DNA from: Paramicrosporidium saccamoebae KSL3
Taxonomy: Eukaryota > Fungi > Cryptomycota
Assembly: GCA_002794465.1 (NCBI GenBank)
Contig: MTSL01000097.1
Location: 19,931-51,930 of the forward strand
Reading direction: 5' to 3'
Length of the DNA stretch: 32,000 nt
Part shown: positions 29,155 through 32,000 of the stretch, piece by piece
Layout: the number at the start of each line of letters is the position of its first letter
Numbering within the stretch: position 1 is the stretch's first letter
Made by a program: the position numbers and the translations under genes
The notes under the pieces: generated by a model
The model's input: the letters and a program-made list of their open reading frames with translations, nothing else
Databases searched by the model: none
Told to the model about the DNA's origin: nothing

Positions 29155-30500
29155 ATGGGAATACTTGAGCGATTGACGTCGCGTTCGCTGATGGCCAATA
29201 TTACCCGGTATCATTACATTATAGCGTAATGTGTAGATGCGGGCTGCCGCCCAAAGGGAGTGCCTTCTACATTGGCTTTGACCCAACAGCTCCCAGTCTC
29301 CATGTGGGCAATTTGATGGGCATCATTGTGGCTACTCACCTGAGACGTGCAGGATACACGCCTATCATGCTTGTATTAAGGAAATTGTGACTAGATAGCT
29401 AGGTGGGAGGTGCGACTGGGAGGGTGGGTGATCCTTCGTTTCGGGAAAATGCAAAGCACCGGCTGGATGATTCTGTGCTGCATCATAATACGGAACGCAT
29501 CAAGAGCCAAATATCTCTGCTCATGAAGAATGGAGCCGAACAAGCTGACATGCATGGGCGTGTGGAGGAGATGCCTAAAGTGGAAGTGGTGGACAATTTC
29601 GAGTGGCAGCGCGACATTCGATTACTCGACTTCCTGGACAATGTAGGCGTGCAGATGCGTCTCTCTTCCATGCTGAGCAGGGAGGGCGTACAAAAACGTC
29701 TTGCTTCGCCCGCTGGAATGAGCTTCACCGAATTCACCTACCAGCTATTGCAAGGCTATGATTTCTACCATCTCTATCGCACTCGGAATTGCGCCATGCA
29801 AATTGGCGGATCTGATCAGTGGGGGAACATCCTGTCTGGTGTAGAGATGGTGGGAAAGTTGTCTGACGGGGAAGTGACGGGGATGACCTTTCCACTATTG
29901 ACAGTGGCTAATGGAGAAAAAATGGGAAAGAGTGCAGGAAATGCAGTGTGGTTAGATGGTCGCATGACCTCGCCTTTTGACTTGTATCAGTACTTTGTGA
30001 GACTTGCTGATACGGACGCCCAAAGACTACTTCCTATGATGACATTTATTAGTGATGATAATGTAAGTGCGCTAAATGAACAAAAGCCTGAACAAAGGCC
30101 ATTGCAAAAGGCATTGGCTGAAGAAGTCACTGCATTTGTCCATGGACAAGCTGCGGTCAAGGACGCCATCCGCGCCACCAGACTCTTATTTGATTGTTAT
30201 GAAGACGTGTTCATCAATCCTACAGATCGAGAGTTGCTCTCCCGAACTCTGCGAGAATCCCAGCGGCATCTGGTAATGTCTTCGCAGGACCTGAGTGTAC
30301 TTTCCATTCTGGGGGTACTCCGTCGACTCATGCCAGACTCTTCCAATAATTCGCTAAGATCGCTTGCTAGTTCCGGTGGTATTTACATTAACGGCCAACG
30401 TGTTGGTAATTTACACTCTGCCGCTTCACCCCTCATGGACAAATCATGCTTTGTCCGACTTGGAAGACATACTCATTTTCTAATAGAGACTACTATGTAA
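29155..30500 (+). CDS. MSY1: Tyrosyl-tRNA synthetase, bacterial/mitochondrial type, 3 exons
   Basis: YIGFDPTAPSLHVGN (HIGH), VGGATGRVGDPS, EFTYQLLQGYD, QIGGSDQWGNI, KMGKS, S4-like tail. Introns 29208-29236 (29 nt) and 29373-29402 (30 nt). Confidence 0.95.
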
Positions 30501-30511
30501 AAATTTACAGT

Positions 30512-30854
30512 TTATTTCTTCTTGGCCTTTAACTTTAGTTTCTTTGAGGGCGGTATATAATACGGCATGATTCCCATTCTACAAATCATCGGGCAGTGTA
30601 CTTTGCGTACCGATACTTGCTGACCCAACGGAGGATCATTTTTCGGTGCTTGCATTGGATGCCTGCCTTTTCCATTGCCGCACTGTCCATGGTGAACAGC
30701 GACTCCCATGTGGGGAATTTTGTCACATAGGCCTCACACCCGCGACGGATGGTCCCCAAAAACGCCGATACATCCTTAATCCTTCCCACTAATATTATAC
30801 CGGCAAAGTCGGCTGAGTACCAGGCGCTACACTAAATGTCCGCAAGAAGAACAT
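30512..30854 (-). CDS. FYV4: Mitochondrial ribosomal protein mS41/Fyv4 (IGR domain), 3 exons
   Basis: MFFLRTFS presequence-like start, DVSAFLGTIRRGC...FPTWESLF...MEKAGI...RKMILRWVSKYR-MG. Introns 30789-30820 and 30579-30610 (32 nt each). Confidence 0.82.
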
Positions 30855-30926
30855 TACGAAAATTGTATTAATTATAACATGCGCCATGCATTATGTATTA
30901 TGCACCATGTACTGTGAATTCTTAAT

Positions 30927-31562
30927 CTACTGTTTACACTCCATCTTGGCCAGCGTCTCCGAGCCGGCAATCTTAAATCCGAATATCCGCGGTGTATACG
31001 TCTGGCTGGAGGGGGTGGGCCTCAGATGGGCATAAGTCTGGAAGAAGAGATGCGGAAAGGTGGTGCCGAAAAAGGCTCCGTCGATAGTGCTATGTGCACT
31101 GGATTTAGGGTTGTAGACATCCTGGCAGTGGCAGCAATAGAGTTTGACTGTTCCGTTGCGAGGTACATCTGAAAGCCCTACGGGGAGCAGCAGCTGGCTG
31201 TTGCAGAGAACGCGAGGACAGGTCCCGAATTCGCCCGAGATATACTTTCGCTTCATTTTGTGGAGTCCGTTGGGGCAGATTATGAAGCGCGCATGAATCA
31301 GTCCGTACAATAGTCGCGCAGAAGTGTCCACTTGCGGCGGGATATCCTCGTCATCGTCCGACTTGTAGTCATCGGCCAAAAGGTCGTAAGCTTGTTGCGC
31401 GTTCGGAACGTCATGTCCAAGGCCTGTCAGGTTGAACCGGTCTAAAACAAAGTCCGAGTCCACTTCGCAGTAATATTCGTTGCCTTTGAGGCCACAGAAC
31501 CACTGGATCCAGGAGTTTCCGCCGTCGTCCTCACTGCTGCTGCCCTCCACGTAGGTTGTCAT
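30927..31562 (-). CDS. CSNK2B: Casein kinase II regulatory (beta) subunit
   Basis: SWIQWFCGLKGNEYYCEV, LDRFNLTGL, LYGLIHARFI, CPRVLC...CHC zinc finger, IDGAFFGTTFPH, YTPRIFGFKI. Likely ATG 31562. Confidence 0.96.
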   Translation of the reverse strand: MTTYVEGSSSEDDGGNSWIQWFCGLKGNEYYCEVDSDFVLDRFNLTGLGHDVPNAQQAYDLLADDYKSDDDEDIPPQVDTSARLLYGLIHARFIICPNGLHKMKRKYISGEFGTCPRVLCNSQLLLPVGLSDVPRNGTVKLYCCHCQDVYNPKSSAHSTIDGAFFGTTFPHLFFQTYAHLRPTPSSQTYTPRIFGFKIAGSETLAKMECKQ

Positions 31563-31712
31563 GAGTAGGATGGCCGGGGTATGAGAGGATTCGCAACGAA
31601 GGAGCTTGGGGCCGCTCTGAAGGCATTTCAAATTGCAATACATCCAGACAAGTTTGCTACTAATGCACTAGCGTCTAAGTGTAACGGAGAGACGTTTAAG
31701 CTAGTGACCAGT

Positions 31713-32000
31713 ATGACTATGGGATTATGCGAGGCCCTGGATAGGCGGACTAGCGAGGACTTGCAGTTCCCTCTATCTCCGACCAGCATATGTTTCTACC
31801 TGTCAGACCTGTCACAACAAAAGCACACTTTATCATTCTCGCCTGAAGATCCATTTGACAGGGACCAACTCTACATTTCTTGGCAAGAATCGGCCTTGTC
31901 ATTATTTCATCTCTTTTCAAAGGCAAAAGTGTCTTCTGATAGTCGCCTCATGCAATTCCTTCTGGATTCTTGCATGACTACTAGTACATCGGACTCGGGT
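31713..32000 (+). CDS. Hypothetical protein, 5' part, truncated by the window edge
   Basis: ATG 31713 opens 96 stop-free codons (MTMGLCEALDRR...LYISWQESALSLFHLF...) running off the end; divergent from CK2-beta. Confidence 0.55.
   Translation, partial: MTMGLCEALDRRTSEDLQFPLSPTSICFYLSDLSQQKHTLSFSPEDPFDRDQLYISWQESALSLFHLFSKAKVSSDSRLMQFLLDSCMTTSTSDSG

Noticed and set aside
24397-30854. Apparent cluster of mitochondrial genes (MTG2, OMA1, MSY1, FYV4)
   Set aside because: They are interleaved with RMD5 and Derlin on mixed strands; four genes cannot be distinguished from chance here.
31563-31643. N-terminal extension of CK2-beta in the ORF track
   Set aside because: CK2-beta proteins begin just before the acidic Ser-rich segment and SWI motif; ATG 31562 fits.
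1-32000. Prokaryotic features (operons, CRISPR-Cas, IS elements, prophage, defence systems) or transposons
   Set aside because: Spliceosomal introns and eukaryote-specific genes throughout; no transposase, integrase, RT or terminal repeats seen.

Overview
This is not a prokaryotic window. It is a very gene-dense stretch of a compact eukaryotic nuclear genome with fungal/opisthokont-type genes. I can support about 27 protein-coding genes, two tRNAs (Ser-GCT, Glu-CTC) and a nuclear RNase P RNA that the ORF track does not show. Many ORF-track entries are exon fragments. Joining them across GT-AG introns restores conserved motifs and gives 21 introns: 20 of 29-37 nt and one of 139 nt in RPL36. 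Intergenic gaps fall to 11-46 bp. Tiny introns and extreme compaction occur together with mitochondrial translation genes (MSY1, MTG2, FYV4), a peroxin (PEX3) and an amino-acid biosynthesis gene (HOM2). This suggests an early-diverging fungal relative (Rozellomycota/Cryptomycota, Paramicrosporidium-like) rather than a canonical microsporidian; that placement is inference. The most interesting items are: a tandem family of three unrecognised, probably GPI-anchored surface proteins; a secreted C-type-lectin-like protein between two tRNAs; a ~250-nt RNase P RNA with P3 reduced to a plain hairpin; a uniform GTA...YAG mini-intron system with one structured long intron; head-to-head genes 21 and 31 bp apart; and Rab20-like, SAM-Rieske and atypical homeodomain proteins. 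No CRISPR array, transposon or prophage was seen. All homology calls come from motif recognition by eye; no database search was run.
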